Notes: generated from the sequence alone by a model not told the origin. Shown: positions 15,089-25,315, counted from the stretch's first letter. The stretch: DNA of 32,000 nt from Dickeya dadantii NCPPB 898 (GCF_000406145.1 NZ_CM001976.1:2711337-2743336); one strand, 5' to 3'. Made by a program: numbers and translations.

Positions 15089-15655
15089 TAGGCGGTCATA
15101 CCATTGCACCACAGGCGCTGGCGCCTATTTCCTATCTTAAATAAGCCATAGGCCGGACCGAAATGATGGTGTTTTTCCTTTCTTTGCTATCAAAATGCCG
15201 CCGATAGCCGTTACCCCATTTTATTTTTCATCGCCGTATTGCGATAACACATCATTATTTTCTGCGGTAAATGAAATTCCCCAGACAAATGCTAAATTTA
15301 AAATGATATCGGATCAGATAGCCCGGATATCTCCGTTATCATCAAGTTGCAGGAACGTTAACTACCGTGACCGCTGATTTTTCACCACGGGATAGCGGGT
15401 ATATATCGCCAGTCTTTTAACGTAAAGTTGCCGACATATTGAGAAACAAAACATAATACATTGTTATGTGAGGTTATTTTTAAACAACAGGGAGGTAACT
15501 GCCATGTAAAAAAAACGGTTTTCATTAAAAACACACGTTGTCTTTTCGCTCACGTCTTTATCGAGAAAATAGTTATCAGCCAATAATCCGTTATGCCTTT
15601 TCAATGCGACATACCTTGAAGTCCAGAGTAAAAATAATCCTCAAGAGGACCTGAA

Positions 15656-17200
15656 ATGCGCAACAATCAGCCAGTCACACAGCGGGAATACGTTTTCGAT
15701 AGGGATGCCACACTCATGTCGGTTACCGACGTGAACAGCCATATTGTTTATGCTAACGATGCCTTTATTCAGGTGAGTGGTTTCGAACCTGACGAAATCG
15801 ACGGTCAACCACATAATTTTGTACGCCACCCGGATATGCCGGTCGAGGCTTTCCGCGACATGTGGCAAACACTGAAACATCAGGAACCCTGGACCGCGTT
15901 AGTCAAGAACCGGCGTAAGAACGGCGATCACTACTGGGTGCGGGCCAATGCGGTGCCGATTGTGCGTCAGGGCCGCACAACCGGTTATATGTCCGTGCGC
16001 ACCCAACCTTCACGTCAGGAGGTGGACGCGGCGGAAAAGTTGTATCAGACGATGCGCAACGAAGGTAACAACCTGAAGCTGCACAGAGGGGTGCTGTTTC
16101 GCGCCGGCCTGACCGGGCTGTTTTCGCGCCTGAAATTGATCTCCATGCGCTGGCGGCTACGCGGGCTGATCATGCTGGCGGCGCTGATCAGTTACGTCGT
16201 GTTCTGGACGATTCATGGCGATTTTGACTCTGACTTTTATATTTCCAGCGCATTTATAACCGGCATGATGCTGCTGCTGGATGGCTTACTTGAATGGCAG
16301 TTGATCAAACCGATCGAAATGGTTAAACAACAGGCGCTGAATATCGCTACCGGCAACGCCAACACCATTGATTATGAAAATCGCGCCGATGAGATCGGCA
16401 CAATTCAACGCGCCATCGGGCAACTGGGTCTGATGTTTCGCTGGCTGGTGGACGACATCAGCACGCAGGTGTTGAACATCCGCTCCGCCAGCGACGAGCT
16501 GGCCCACGGCAGTGAAGACATGAGCGATCACGCCGAACGTACCGCCGCCAATGTGCAGCAGACCGCCGCCGCCATGAACGAGATCAACACCACCGTGCAG
16601 ACCAACACCACCACCACCAGCGAAGCCAGTCAGCAGGCCGCGACCGCCTGCGATGCCGCCATCAGCGGCGGTCGGGTGATCGGTGAAATGGAAAAAACCA
16701 TGGACAGCATTGTCGCCAGTTCGGAAAAAATCGCCGGTATCACCTCCATCATCGATAACATCGCGTTTCAGACCAACATCCTGGCCCTGAACGCGGCGGT
16801 GGAAGCGGCGCGTGCCGGTGAACAAGGTAAAGGGTTTGCCGTCGTGGCCGGTGAAGTGCGTAATCTGGCGCAACGCAGCGCCAGCGCCGCCAATGAGATC
16901 AAACAGCTGATCGAGTCCAGCGTGGAGCAGGTTCGTTACGGCTCCACCCACGTCAGAGACGCCGGCGACAGTACACAGAACATCGTGACAAGGGTAAACA
17001 GCGTCAGCCAGTTGATTTCACATATCGCCGATTCAACCAAGGAGCAAACGGTCGGGCTGTCTGAAATCGGCCGGGCGGTGGAAGAGTTGGAACAAATTAC
17101 CCAGAAAAATGCCTCGCAGGTGAACGCCTGCGCGCAGGCATCAGACCAGCTAAAACAGCAGGCGCATCGGCTGGAACAGGCCTTGCACGTATTCCGATAA
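15656..17200 (+). CDS. aer: Aerotaxis receptor Aer (PAS-FAD sensor MCP)
   Basis: [44 protein letters not shown]...[19 protein letters not shown] and [41 protein letters not shown] are collinear with E. coli Aer. SD AAGAGGA is present. Confidence 0.95.
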   Translation: MRNNQPVTQREYVFDRDATLMSVTDVNSHIVYANDAFIQVSGFEPDEIDGQPHNFVRHPDMPVEAFRDMWQTLKHQEPWTALVKNRRKNGDHYWVRANAVPIVRQGRTTGYMSVRTQPSRQEVDAAEKLYQTMRNEGNNLKLHRGVLFRAGLTGLFSRLKLISMRWRLRGLIMLAALISYVVFWTIHGDFDSDFYISSAFITGMMLLLDGLLEWQLIKPIEMVKQQALNIATGNANTIDYENRADEIGTIQRAIGQLGLMFRWLVDDISTQVLNIRSASDELAHGSEDMSDHAERTAANVQQTAAAMNEINTTVQTNTTTTSEASQQAATACDAAISGGRVIGEMEKTMDSIVASSEKIAGITSIIDNIAFQTNILALNAAVEAARAGEQGKGFAVVAGEVRNLAQRSASAANEIKQLIESSVEQVRYGSTHVRDAGDSTQNIVTRVNSVSQLISHIADSTKEQTVGLSEIGRAVEELEQITQKNASQVNACAQASDQLKQQAHRLEQALHVFR

Positions 17201-17267
17201 CCCCGCTCCAACCAATAACGCGCCCTGATGACGACCTCGGGGCGCGACGCGATTGCACTGCCATACG

Positions 17268-17567
17268 TTACTGCGCGCGCTCGCCGTTTGCTTCACGCCA
17301 GCGCGCCACCCTCTCTTTGGTGACCTCTTCTTTATAACAGACTGGCGCCGCGCCCCCTTTACGGCTCCAGGCGCTGCGTCCGCCGCAACGGCTACCGTTT
17401 CTGGCCGAGCTGTACGGACAGGCGCAATTCCCCGAATAGCCGGCAATGGATTCTTCAATAATGAGTTGCCTGATCTGATTATCGCTCAAACGGGTATTTT
17501 TCGCGTCCGCCGTAGCGGCGAATAAAACACATGACATGCAGAATAATTGGAAAAGATATTTTTTCAC
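17268..17567 (-). CDS. Small exported Cys-rich protein of unknown function
   Basis: The GTG start (17567) lies 7 nt after GAGGA. The signal peptide is MKKYLFQLFCMSCVLFAATADA|K. The mature part contains GNCACPYSSARNGSRCGGRSAWSRKGG..PVCY. The longer ORF-track version (to 17615) lacks a signal-peptide-like N-terminus. Confidence 0.6.
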   Translation of the reverse strand: MKKYLFQLFCMSCVLFAATADAKNTRLSDNQIRQLIIEESIAGYSGNCACPYSSARNGSRCGGRSAWSRKGGAAPVCYKEEVTKERVARWREANGERAQ

Positions 17568-17741
17568 GATGCTATCCTCGCTTATCCTCGCCCGGAAAAA
17601 TGTCGATCCCCCCACTCATTCAGGTTGCAGGATAAAACGCTCGCATTTTGAACAGCACCACGCGCCGGCCCTTCAGGGACAAGGCCCGCGACTGGGCCGG
17701 CGCACCAGCAACGTGAAGTATGACGGGTATACAACGGTTTT

Positions 17742-17811
17742 TGTCTATTACGTTTTTATCTATTACGTTTGTATCGATTCGAATTGAAAATTCGAAGTAG
17801 TAATAATAGAC
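17742..17811. promoter_or_regulatory. AT-rich symmetric element upstream of the small exported-protein gene: direct repeats plus nested inverted repeats
   Basis: T(G/A)TCTATTACGTTT occurs twice (17742-55 and 17757-70). TTCGAATT-gaa-AATTCGAA lies at 17778-17796. The outer arms are GTCTATTA (17743-50) and TAATAGAC (17804-11). Confidence 0.5.
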
Positions 17812-17919
17812 CGATTTATTTAATACGCCGGGGATAAAGTGTCCGGTTGGTTTATTTTTCCTGACATCCGTCTTTACTCTTCCTCCGTCGTCACTTTTCC
17901 TCCATTTTATTCTTCGCGG

Positions 17920-18606
17920 TTATTCACTACCGCCGCCCTGAATACAGCGTAACGTCAGTTCGCCGCCGAACACGGCGCCGGTATCGATATACTGCAGATT
18001 CCAGCAGGTCAGAGCCTGTCGTAACGGCGTATGCCCGAACAGAAAACGGTCTGCGCCGGCAATCGGCCCGCCGACGCCTGCCATCGCCTGGCTGACCCGC
18101 TGCCGGTTCCATAGCACCTGCGTCCAGGGCAGCGGCTGGTCAAACTGATAGCAATCCGCCGGATAATCCGCATGTGCCACCACCGTGCGCCGACCGGCAG
18201 TCTCAATCTCGATGACATACGGCAACTGCGCCGCCAGCGCCAGTAGCCGACGGGCCAGCGCCTGACGCTCGTCATCCAGTTGGAAGAACCAGTCGCCGCC
18301 GTTGGCTCGCCACAGAGGAATCCGCTCGCTATCGTTCAGCGCGTCCAGCGCCATCTGCTCGTGATTGCCGCGTACCGAGCGAAACCAGCGCTGTTGCAGC
18401 AAATCAAGGCAGGCGAGATTCTGCGGCCCGCGATCGATCAGGTCGCCCACCGACACCAGCAGGTCGCACCCGGTATCAAACCCGACGTGATCCAACGCCG
18501 TCATCAGTTGCCGGTAACAACCGTGTATATCGCCCACTACAAAGATATGATGCCAGTCGGCGCCGGTAATGCGTTGATAGGCTGACGGTTGTCGCTCGCT
18601 CGTCAT
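17920..18606 (-). CDS. prpA: Serine/threonine protein phosphatase 1 (PrpA-type metallophosphoesterase)
   Basis: YQRITGADWHHIFVVGDIHGCYRQLM...LVSVGDLIDRGPQNLACLDLL...VRGNHEQMALDAL...GHTPL...YIDTGAVFGGELTL is collinear with E. coli PrpA. ATG 18606 is preceded by GAGGG. Confidence 0.9.
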   Translation of the reverse strand: MTSERQPSAYQRITGADWHHIFVVGDIHGCYRQLMTALDHVGFDTGCDLLVSVGDLIDRGPQNLACLDLLQQRWFRSVRGNHEQMALDALNDSERIPLWRANGGDWFFQLDDERQALARRLLALAAQLPYVIEIETAGRRTVVAHADYPADCYQFDQPLPWTQVLWNRQRVSQAMAGVGGPIAGADRFLFGHTPLRQALTCWNLQYIDTGAVFGGELTLRCIQGGGSE

Positions 18607-18739
18607 GATGCTGCCCTCTGCCGCCGCATTGTCGCCCGGAGACTCACCGTTGAGGTACAGTCGGTACAATATGCGACAATAAATCTGCTAATAAATAAAT
18701 GTGCGGTAACGCCATTTTCCAGACCAGATGTGAGCATGT

Positions 18740-20014
18740 ATGTCCGAAATCATTTCCCAACGTATTCGTTTTGTCATCGCGCTAGCGTTAACCGGCTTGC
18801 TGGCCGGCATCGGCGGTATGCTGCTGGCGCTGTTGCTTCATGCCATTCAGCATCTGGCCTATGGTTACAGTCTGGACCATATCATCAGCGAAGAAAGTTT
18901 TTTGCAGGGCGTTTCGGCGGCGGAACCTGCCCGGCGCTTTATGGCGTTGCTAATCAGCGGTGTAGTGGCTGGTCTGGGCTGGTACGCGCTATACCGCTAC
19001 GGTCGCCGACTGGTGAGTATCTCCTCGGCGTTGCAGGCGGAAAAACCGGCTTCACCGGTAAACGATATGCCGGTAAAAGAAACCATTATTCACGCGCTGC
19101 TGCAAATTATTACCGTAGCGCTGGGTTCGCCGCTGGGGCGGGAAGTGGCGCCGCGGGAACTGGGGGCGCTGGCCGCTAATCACCTCAGTCGCGCGCTGCG
19201 CATGACCCCGGAGGATACCCGTTTACTGATCGCCTGCGGCGCCGGCGGCGGCCTGGCGGCGGTATATAACGTGCCGCTGGGCGGCGCGCTGTTTGTGGTC
19301 GAGGTCTTGCTGGCGCGCGTTCAGGTAAAAACCAGTCTGGCGGCGCTGTTGACTTGCTCGCTGGCGGCGCTGGTAGCGCGCGCCGGCCTGGGCGACGAAT
19401 ACCAGTATCATCTCAATCTGCCGCTCAGCGTATCCGGCGATTTAACCCTCTGGGCGCTGCTCACCGGGCCGATATTCGGGGTGGCCGCCTGGCTGTTCGT
19501 TCGCCTCACCCGACACGCGCGGCAACATTCGCCGCAGAACGCCCGCCTTATCATCACCAACCTGCTCAACTTCACCCTGCTGGGATTGCTGGTGATCATC
19601 CTGCCGCAGTTGGCGGGCAACGGCAAAGGCCCGGCAGAACTGAGTTTCACCAGTCAGTTGCCGGTGTTGCTGGCATTACTGCTGCTGGGCTGCAAGGTGC
19701 TGGTGCAATGGAGCAGTTTGCGTGCGGGCGCACAGGGCGGCCTGCTGACGCCCGGTCTGGCCAACGGCGCGCTGCTGGCGGTGGCGTTGGGCGGCGTCTG
19801 GTCATGGTTCTTCCCGCACAATCAGCCAGGGGCCTACGCGGTGATTGGCGCGGCCGCCTTTCTGGCGACCTCGATGAGAATGCCGGTCACCAGTCTGGTG
19901 TTGATCATGGAATTTACTCGTATCAACAACGACTTCTTCGTACCGATGGCGCTGTGCATCGCCGGCGCGATCAGCACCAGCATGTTGATTGAAAAAATGA
20001 CCTCGCCGTCCTGA
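18740..20014 (+). CDS. ClC-family voltage-gated chloride channel / H+-Cl- exchanger (ClcB-like)
   Basis: This polytopic membrane protein has ClC signatures: GSPLGREVAPRELGA, ACGAGGGLAAVYNVPLGGALFVVEVLL and GGLLTPGLANGALL. Its ~424 aa length is similar to E. coli ClcB. Confidence 0.85.
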   Translation: MSEIISQRIRFVIALALTGLLAGIGGMLLALLLHAIQHLAYGYSLDHIISEESFLQGVSAAEPARRFMALLISGVVAGLGWYALYRYGRRLVSISSALQAEKPASPVNDMPVKETIIHALLQIITVALGSPLGREVAPRELGALAANHLSRALRMTPEDTRLLIACGAGGGLAAVYNVPLGGALFVVEVLLARVQVKTSLAALLTCSLAALVARAGLGDEYQYHLNLPLSVSGDLTLWALLTGPIFGVAAWLFVRLTRHARQHSPQNARLIITNLLNFTLLGLLVIILPQLAGNGKGPAELSFTSQLPVLLALLLLGCKVLVQWSSLRAGAQGGLLTPGLANGALLAVALGGVWSWFFPHNQPGAYAVIGAAAFLATSMRMPVTSLVLIMEFTRINNDFFVPMALCIAGAISTSMLIEKMTSPS

Positions 20015-20062
20015 CGGCCATCATCCGCTTTCCTTGTCTCCGTGGGCGACGGGTTACTCGTC

Positions 20063-21664
20063 TCATGGCGCTACGGGTGCCTCAGCCTTCACCTTGATGA
20101 CTTCATCAAAGTAGAGCATCGAATTGGCGATGCTCTGCCGGACATTCAATACCGTATTACGCACCGCCACCAGCCGGTTGCCCTGCAACATGACCACGAA
20201 CGGCGAGTTTTCCCTGACCGTCTGCTGTAATTGCAGGTAGATGTTGCGCCGCATTTGCGGATCGCGCTGGGCGGCGGCGGCGTTGGTCAATCGGCTTAAC
20301 TCCGGGATTACCCACCCCAAACGCGCTGCCAGCGTTCCCGGGGTATCGGGCTGATTGAGGGCGAACGCGCTGGCATTGCTGCTGGGGTCAATATAGTCCG
20401 GCCCCCAGTAGGTGAATATCGCCTGAAAACGCCCGCGACGCATGCGCGTCCAGAGTTCGCTCTCCACCACCGTCTGCACATCAATACGGATATCGGCGCG
20501 GGCGAAACTGTCCTGCAGCGCCTGCGCTACCTCAACATAGGGCGGCTGGTTGGCGACCAGCAGCGCAAACCGGCTGCCCGGCGCAATCCCGGCGTCGTGC
20601 AGAATGCTTCGGGCTTTCTCCACATCAAGCCGGAATGGTTTCTCCATCGCCGCGCCGTCAAACCCCTGCGGCAGGAAATTCTGGTGCACCCGGAACTGCC
20701 TTTTCAGCAACCGGGTGGCGATACCCTGATAGTCGACCAGCCAGCGCGCCGCCTGCCAGAAAGCGGGCTGGCCCAGAAACGGCGCCGCGCTGCTGCGGGT
20801 GTTGAAGCCCAGATAGTAAACTTTCGCCCCTGACGCCAGATTCACATTGATGCCCGGCTGATTCTCCAGCGCACTAAATTGATCCGCGCCCAGATCGTAA
20901 GCCACGTCGACGTCGCCCTGCAGCAGCAGCAAGCGACGCATGCTCGGGTCCGCCACGTCTTTCAGAATCACCAGCGCCAGCGCGGGACGACGGCGTGCAT
21001 ACGGATTACTCTCCAGCAGCAATGCCTGCTGCGGCAAATAATGACGAATCTGATAGCTGCCGCTGCCCGCCGAGCGGCTTCTCAGCCACTGGTTGCCAAA
21101 ATCACCGTTGTCGCTGTGTTTCTCCACCAGCTTGCTGTCGACAATCAGCGCCACGCTGGCCGATAACAGGCGCAATACCAGTTCGCTGCCGATATCGCTG
21201 GACCAGCGGATCTCCAACTGATGATCGTCGATTTTCCGAAACTGCCCGTCGATATTTCCCGGCATCCACCCCAGTTGGTTCAGAATGAACACCGGGGTTT
21301 TGTTGAGTTTCACCGCCCGGGTCAGCGAATAGATCACGTCATCGGCCAGCACCGGATTACCGGAGGCGAATACGGCGTTGGGATCAAGGGTAAAAATCAG
21401 GCTGCGCCCGTCATGGCCTTCGCGCCAGGACAGCGCCAGATCGGGGTTCAGTTGGGTAGGTTGATTACGGTCGCTCGCCACCAGTCCCTGATAAAGCGAG
21501 GCAAGACAGCTGTTGCTGACGGTTTCGAAACTTTCCGCCGGATCAAAACTGATAATGCCATTCAACGAGATCGCCACCACCAGCGTATTATCCGGCGTCA
21601 ATGCCTTTACCGGCGGGCTGGCCATCAGGGTCAGCGTCAGCAGAATGGCAAACCATGCCTTCAT
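20063..21664 (-). CDS. ABC transporter periplasmic substrate-binding protein, family 5 (peptide/nickel/opine type)
   Basis: The signal peptide is MKAWFAILLTLTLMASPPVKA. Its ~530 aa size is typical of Dpp/Opp/Gsi-type SBPs. ATG 21664 is preceded by GAGGAAG. It is the last gene of the operon. Confidence 0.85.
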   Translation of the reverse strand: MKAWFAILLTLTLMASPPVKALTPDNTLVVAISLNGIISFDPAESFETVSNSCLASLYQGLVASDRNQPTQLNPDLALSWREGHDGRSLIFTLDPNAVFASGNPVLADDVIYSLTRAVKLNKTPVFILNQLGWMPGNIDGQFRKIDDHQLEIRWSSDIGSELVLRLLSASVALIVDSKLVEKHSDNGDFGNQWLRSRSAGSGSYQIRHYLPQQALLLESNPYARRRPALALVILKDVADPSMRRLLLLQGDVDVAYDLGADQFSALENQPGINVNLASGAKVYYLGFNTRSSAAPFLGQPAFWQAARWLVDYQGIATRLLKRQFRVHQNFLPQGFDGAAMEKPFRLDVEKARSILHDAGIAPGSRFALLVANQPPYVEVAQALQDSFARADIRIDVQTVVESELWTRMRRGRFQAIFTYWGPDYIDPSSNASAFALNQPDTPGTLAARLGWVIPELSRLTNAAAAQRDPQMRRNIYLQLQQTVRENSPFVVMLQGNRLVAVRNTVLNVRQSIANSMLYFDEVIKVKAEAPVAP

Positions 21665-21756
21665 CGTTTTCTTCCTCGGTATCACTGCATCAGCACGCGG
21701 ATCTGTTTACTAGAAATTCGGCTGCGCCGCCAGACGGCGACGCGTAAAAATTCCGC

Positions 21757-22440
21757 TCAGCGGGGTTGCAGCCGCCCTTCCTGTATCCACGCCAGACAGT
21801 CGCACATATGATCCATCACATTGCAATCATGACTGACCATAATAATAGTCATCTCCTCCGTCTCCCGAAAACGATTGAGCAGATTGAGGATACGCGCCTG
21901 CCCGACCGTATCCAGCGCCGAGGTCGCTTCGTCCAGCAACAGCAACTGCGGGCGCAGCAACAGCGCACGCAACAACGCCATTTGTTGACGCTGCCCGCCG
22001 GACAGTTGATGCGGGTAGTTATCCAGCAGATGGCACGACAGGCCGACCTGCCCGGCACCTTGCACGAGCCGCTCGTCGATATCCGTCACGCCCATCAACC
22101 GCAGCGGGTCGCTCAGGGTTTTACGCAGGCTATGGCGCGGATGCAACGACGCGTAAGGATCCTGAAACACCATCTGTACCTGACGCCGCAACGCCGCATC
22201 GAACGGCCGGCCAGGGTGCACCGGCTGGTCGAGCAGCGTCATGCCGCCTGACCAGTGCGGGTTAAGCCCCGCCAGCGTCCATAGCAGTGAGGATTTCCCG
22301 CTGCCGGACGGCCCGGCCAACCCGAAACACGCCCCTTGCGCCACGTTGAAACTAACGTCATGCACAACTTCATGGCGCTGGTAACCCTGCCAGTGGATCA
22401 CGCTGACCTGCTGCAACATCACCGCCATCGGCTCATGCAT
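21757..22440 (-). CDS. ABC transporter ATP-binding protein (DppF/OppF-like)
   Basis: It has Walker A (GPSGSGKSS), the signature LSGGQRQ and Walker B (LLLLDEATSALD). I chose ATG 22440, which overlaps the upstream stop (ATGCATGA); ATG 22428 is an alternative. Confidence 0.85.
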   Translation of the reverse strand: MHEPMAVMLQQVSVIHWQGYQRHEVVHDVSFNVAQGACFGLAGPSGSGKSSLLWTLAGLNPHWSGGMTLLDQPVHPGRPFDAALRRQVQMVFQDPYASLHPRHSLRKTLSDPLRLMGVTDIDERLVQGAGQVGLSCHLLDNYPHQLSGGQRQQMALLRALLLRPQLLLLDEATSALDTVGQARILNLLNRFRETEEMTIIMVSHDCNVMDHMCDCLAWIQEGRLQPR

Positions 22441-23281
22441 CACGCGTCGCCTCCGGCTTGTCCGCCGTGGTCGGCAGCGCCTGCCCGTGGGTATGTTTGC
22501 CCGGTCGGGCATGCCACAAGGTTCGGGTATAAGGATGTGCCGCATCCGGCAGTTGCGAGGCGGCCAGTTCATCCACCAGCCGCCCCTGGCGCATCACCAG
22601 GATCCGAGCGCAATGGTGCACCACCAGCGGCAAATCATGGCTAATCAACAAAAGCCCCATGTGGTGTTCGGTCAGCAGGTGATCGAGTAGCGACAGCACC
22701 TGCACGCGGGTTTCCCGGTCCAACGCAAACGTGCGTTCATCGATAATCAGCAGGTCCGGCTGGGTGATCATCGCCATCGCCAGCATCACCCGCTGCGCCA
22801 TGCCACCGGAAATCTGGTGGGGGTAGCACGTCAGCACTCCACTGGGCTCCGCCAGACCGACCGCATTCAGGCTTTCCAGCACCCGGTCACGCCGTTCACG
22901 ACGCGACAGGCTCGTATGCAGCCGCAGCGGCTCCGCCATCTGCCAGCCGATGGTGCGCATCGGGTTCAGCGCATGTTTCGGCCCCTGCATCACCATCGCC
23001 ATACGCCGACCGCGCCACTGCCGCCATTGACGTGGACTGAGCCTCAGCAAATCCTGCCCGGCCAGTTCGAGTCGTTCGGCCTGCATCCGGCATTCGGGCG
23101 GCAGCAACCCCATCAACGCCCAGGCCAGCAGCGACTTGCCCGCGCCGGATTCGCCCACCAGCGCTACCCGCTCGCGCCGCATACTGAATGACAGCGGCTG
23201 CACCAGTATTTGCGGATTACCGTTATGGCGTTGAATCGACAGATTTTTGACATCGAGCAGACAGGATTCAACGTTTGTCAT
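22433..23281 (-). CDS. ABC transporter ATP-binding protein (DppD/OppD-like)
   Basis: It has Walker A (GESGAGKSL), the signature ISGGMAQR and a Walker-B-like LLIIDE. Confidence 0.88.
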   Translation of the reverse strand: MTNVESCLLDVKNLSIQRHNGNPQILVQPLSFSMRRERVALVGESGAGKSLLAWALMGLLPPECRMQAERLELAGQDLLRLSPRQWRQWRGRRMAMVMQGPKHALNPMRTIGWQMAEPLRLHTSLSRRERRDRVLESLNAVGLAEPSGVLTCYPHQISGGMAQRVMLAMAMITQPDLLIIDERTFALDRETRVQVLSLLDHLLTEHHMGLLLISHDLPLVVHHCARILVMRQGRLVDELAASQLPDAAHPYTRTLWHARPGKHTHGQALPTTADKPEATRDA

Positions 23282-24137
23282 AGCGGGGGTCCAGTCTGTC
23301 GCGCAACGCGTTGCCCAGCATATTAAAGGTCAGGCTGGTGAGAAAAATAGCCAATCCCGGCATGGTGGCGACCCACCACTGCTCAAGCATCACGCTGCTG
23401 CCTTCCGCCACCATCGCGCCCCACTCCGCCATCGGCGGCGGCGCACCCACGCCGAGAAACCCAAGCCCGGCCGCCGCCAGGATCATGTTGCCCGGCGTCA
23501 TGGCCGCCCGCGTCAGCGCGCCGGGCAGGCACAGCGGCAGCACGTGGCCGTACATCAGCCGCCATCCATCGATACCCTGCATACGGGCGGCAGCCAGAAA
23601 CTCGCTGTTGCGCAGCGCCATGGTTTCGGCCCGAGCCTGACGGGCAAACTGCGGCCAGGCGGTCAACGCCAGCGCCAGCGCGCCATGCAGTAGCCCCGTC
23701 CCCAATACCGCCAACAGCGCCAGGGCAATCACCAGTCCAGGCAGCGCCAGCATGATATCCGTCAGCCGCATCAGCAGCCGATCGACCCAGCCGCCGAGAT
23801 AACCGGCGCCCACCCCTATCAGCAGCCCGATGGGAATGGTGATCACCAGAATCAGCGCCACCATTATCAGCGCCGGACGGGTGCCATAAATCACCCTTGA
23901 GAGCAGGTCGCGGCCGAAACCGTCGGTTCCCAGCCAGTGGTCCGGGCCGGGCGGTTGCAGGCGATACATTACATTTTGACTATAGGGGTCGAACGGCGCC
24001 AGCCAGGGGGCGAACAACGCGAGCAGCGTCAGCAGGCTCAGCATCACAATGCAGATATTGAGGCTGTTCAGCACCGAAGCGCGGTGCGCCGGCTGCTGCG
24101 GCTGACGGTCGGTATAGAATGAATGTATCCGCCTCAT
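23268..24137 (-). CDS. ABC transporter permease (DppC/OppC-like)
   Basis: It is a polytopic protein with an N-terminal LAPFDPY motif and an EAA-like loop (AARMQGIDGWRLMYGHVLP). Its start overlaps the upstream stop (ATGA). Confidence 0.88.
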   Translation of the reverse strand: MRRIHSFYTDRQPQQPAHRASVLNSLNICIVMLSLLTLLALFAPWLAPFDPYSQNVMYRLQPPGPDHWLGTDGFGRDLLSRVIYGTRPALIMVALILVITIPIGLLIGVGAGYLGGWVDRLLMRLTDIMLALPGLVIALALLAVLGTGLLHGALALALTAWPQFARQARAETMALRNSEFLAAARMQGIDGWRLMYGHVLPLCLPGALTRAAMTPGNMILAAAGLGFLGVGAPPPMAEWGAMVAEGSSVMLEQWWVATMPGLAIFLTSLTFNMLGNALRDRLDPRYDKR

Positions 24138-25174
24138 CGTGTTCGGGGGTCCAGCAAAAAGATCAAGGCATCCGCCAGCGCGTTGAGCACAATGAAACAG
24201 ACGCCAATCAGCAGCGTCGCCCCCAGCACCGCCGGGATATCGGCGGCAAACAGCGCGGTGGTCAGATAGCGCCCCACGCCCGGCCAGGAGAATACGGTTT
24301 CCACCAGTATCGCCCCTTCCAGCAGGCTGGCGTAAGACAACATCAGTACCGTTACCATCACCGTCTGAATATTCGGCAGGATATGAAAAAACAGGATGCG
24401 CAGCGGGCCGGCGCCCATGGCGCGGGCCAGCGTCACGTACTCTTTACCGCACTCTTCCAGAATGGCGGTGCGCAACATGCGGGCGATGCTGGCCATCGAC
24501 ACAAAACCCAGCACGCACGCAGGCAACCACAGATGCGCCAGCGCGTTGCGAAACATCGCCAGATCGCTGTTCCAGCCGCCCAGCAGCACAAACCCGGTCG
24601 GCAATTCCGCCGAGTACTGATAAATATCATCGAACCGCCCCGGCCCCGCGGACCAGTGCAGGACGGCATAAAACAGCAACAGACTCAGCAGACCGATCCA
24701 GAACACCGGCACCGAATAGCCCAGCAGCGTAATGCCGCGCACCAGATAATCCAGCACGCCGCCGGGTTTCAGCGCCGACAGCAGCGCCAGCATGACGCCG
24801 CCGCCGAACCCAATCACAATCGCGCAGGTCGCCAGTTCAAAAGTCGCCGGAAAGGTGCGCAGCAAATCCTGCAGCACCGGCTGCGCGGTGGTGCGTGATA
24901 CGCCGAAGTCGCCCTGTAATAGCGCGGAGAGATAGTGCCAGAATTGCAGCCATACCGGCTGGTCCAGCCCCAGTTGTCGACGCACCTGACTGTAGGTGGC
25001 ATCGCTGGCGTGTTCGCCCGTCACGGGCAGGGCCTGATCGATCGAGGCCAGATGGGTTAACAGGAAGGTAAAAAACAACAGACCCAACAGCGTCAGGCAC
25101 AATGAAAGGAAACCACCCAGCACTTTACCGGGACGCGCCGCAGTTCCCCATATCTGTTGATAAAATGGACTCAT
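24134..25174 (-). CDS. ABC transporter permease (DppB/OppB-like)
   Basis: It is a polytopic protein with an EAA-like loop (YVTLARAMGAGPLRILFFHILPN). The start is uncertain: ATG 25174 (MSPFYQQIW) or GTG 25219. Confidence 0.82.
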   Translation of the reverse strand: MSPFYQQIWGTAARPGKVLGGFLSLCLTLLGLLFFTFLLTHLASIDQALPVTGEHASDATYSQVRRQLGLDQPVWLQFWHYLSALLQGDFGVSRTTAQPVLQDLLRTFPATFELATCAIVIGFGGGVMLALLSALKPGGVLDYLVRGITLLGYSVPVFWIGLLSLLLFYAVLHWSAGPGRFDDIYQYSAELPTGFVLLGGWNSDLAMFRNALAHLWLPACVLGFVSMASIARMLRTAILEECGKEYVTLARAMGAGPLRILFFHILPNIQTVMVTVLMLSYASLLEGAILVETVFSWPGVGRYLTTALFAADIPAVLGATLLIGVCFIVLNALADALIFLLDPRTR

Positions 25175-25315
25175 TGACGGAGGCCTTGTTGCTGGGAAGG
25201 CAACCCCAGGTCGTGACACGTTGCCAGCATGGTATCATCACTGCCGCCGGACTGGTATAGACAACCTCCGTCTCAGTTCACGCCCTTGTCAGGCACACGC
25301 CGCGCATGGTTAACG

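Noticed and set aside
15559-15586. A sigma-28-like -10 element, GCCAATAA (15579-15586), upstream of aer.
   Set aside because: No TAAA-type -35 element lies at the required 15-16 nt spacing. I left it uncalled, although aer is a FliA-dependent gene in E. coli.
17770-17800. A GATTCGAAT motif reminiscent of a tRNA T-arm, which would suggest a possible tRNA or att site.
   Set aside because: No acceptor, D or anticodon stems can be drawn around it. It is part of the palindrome TTCGAATT-GAA-AATTCGAA.
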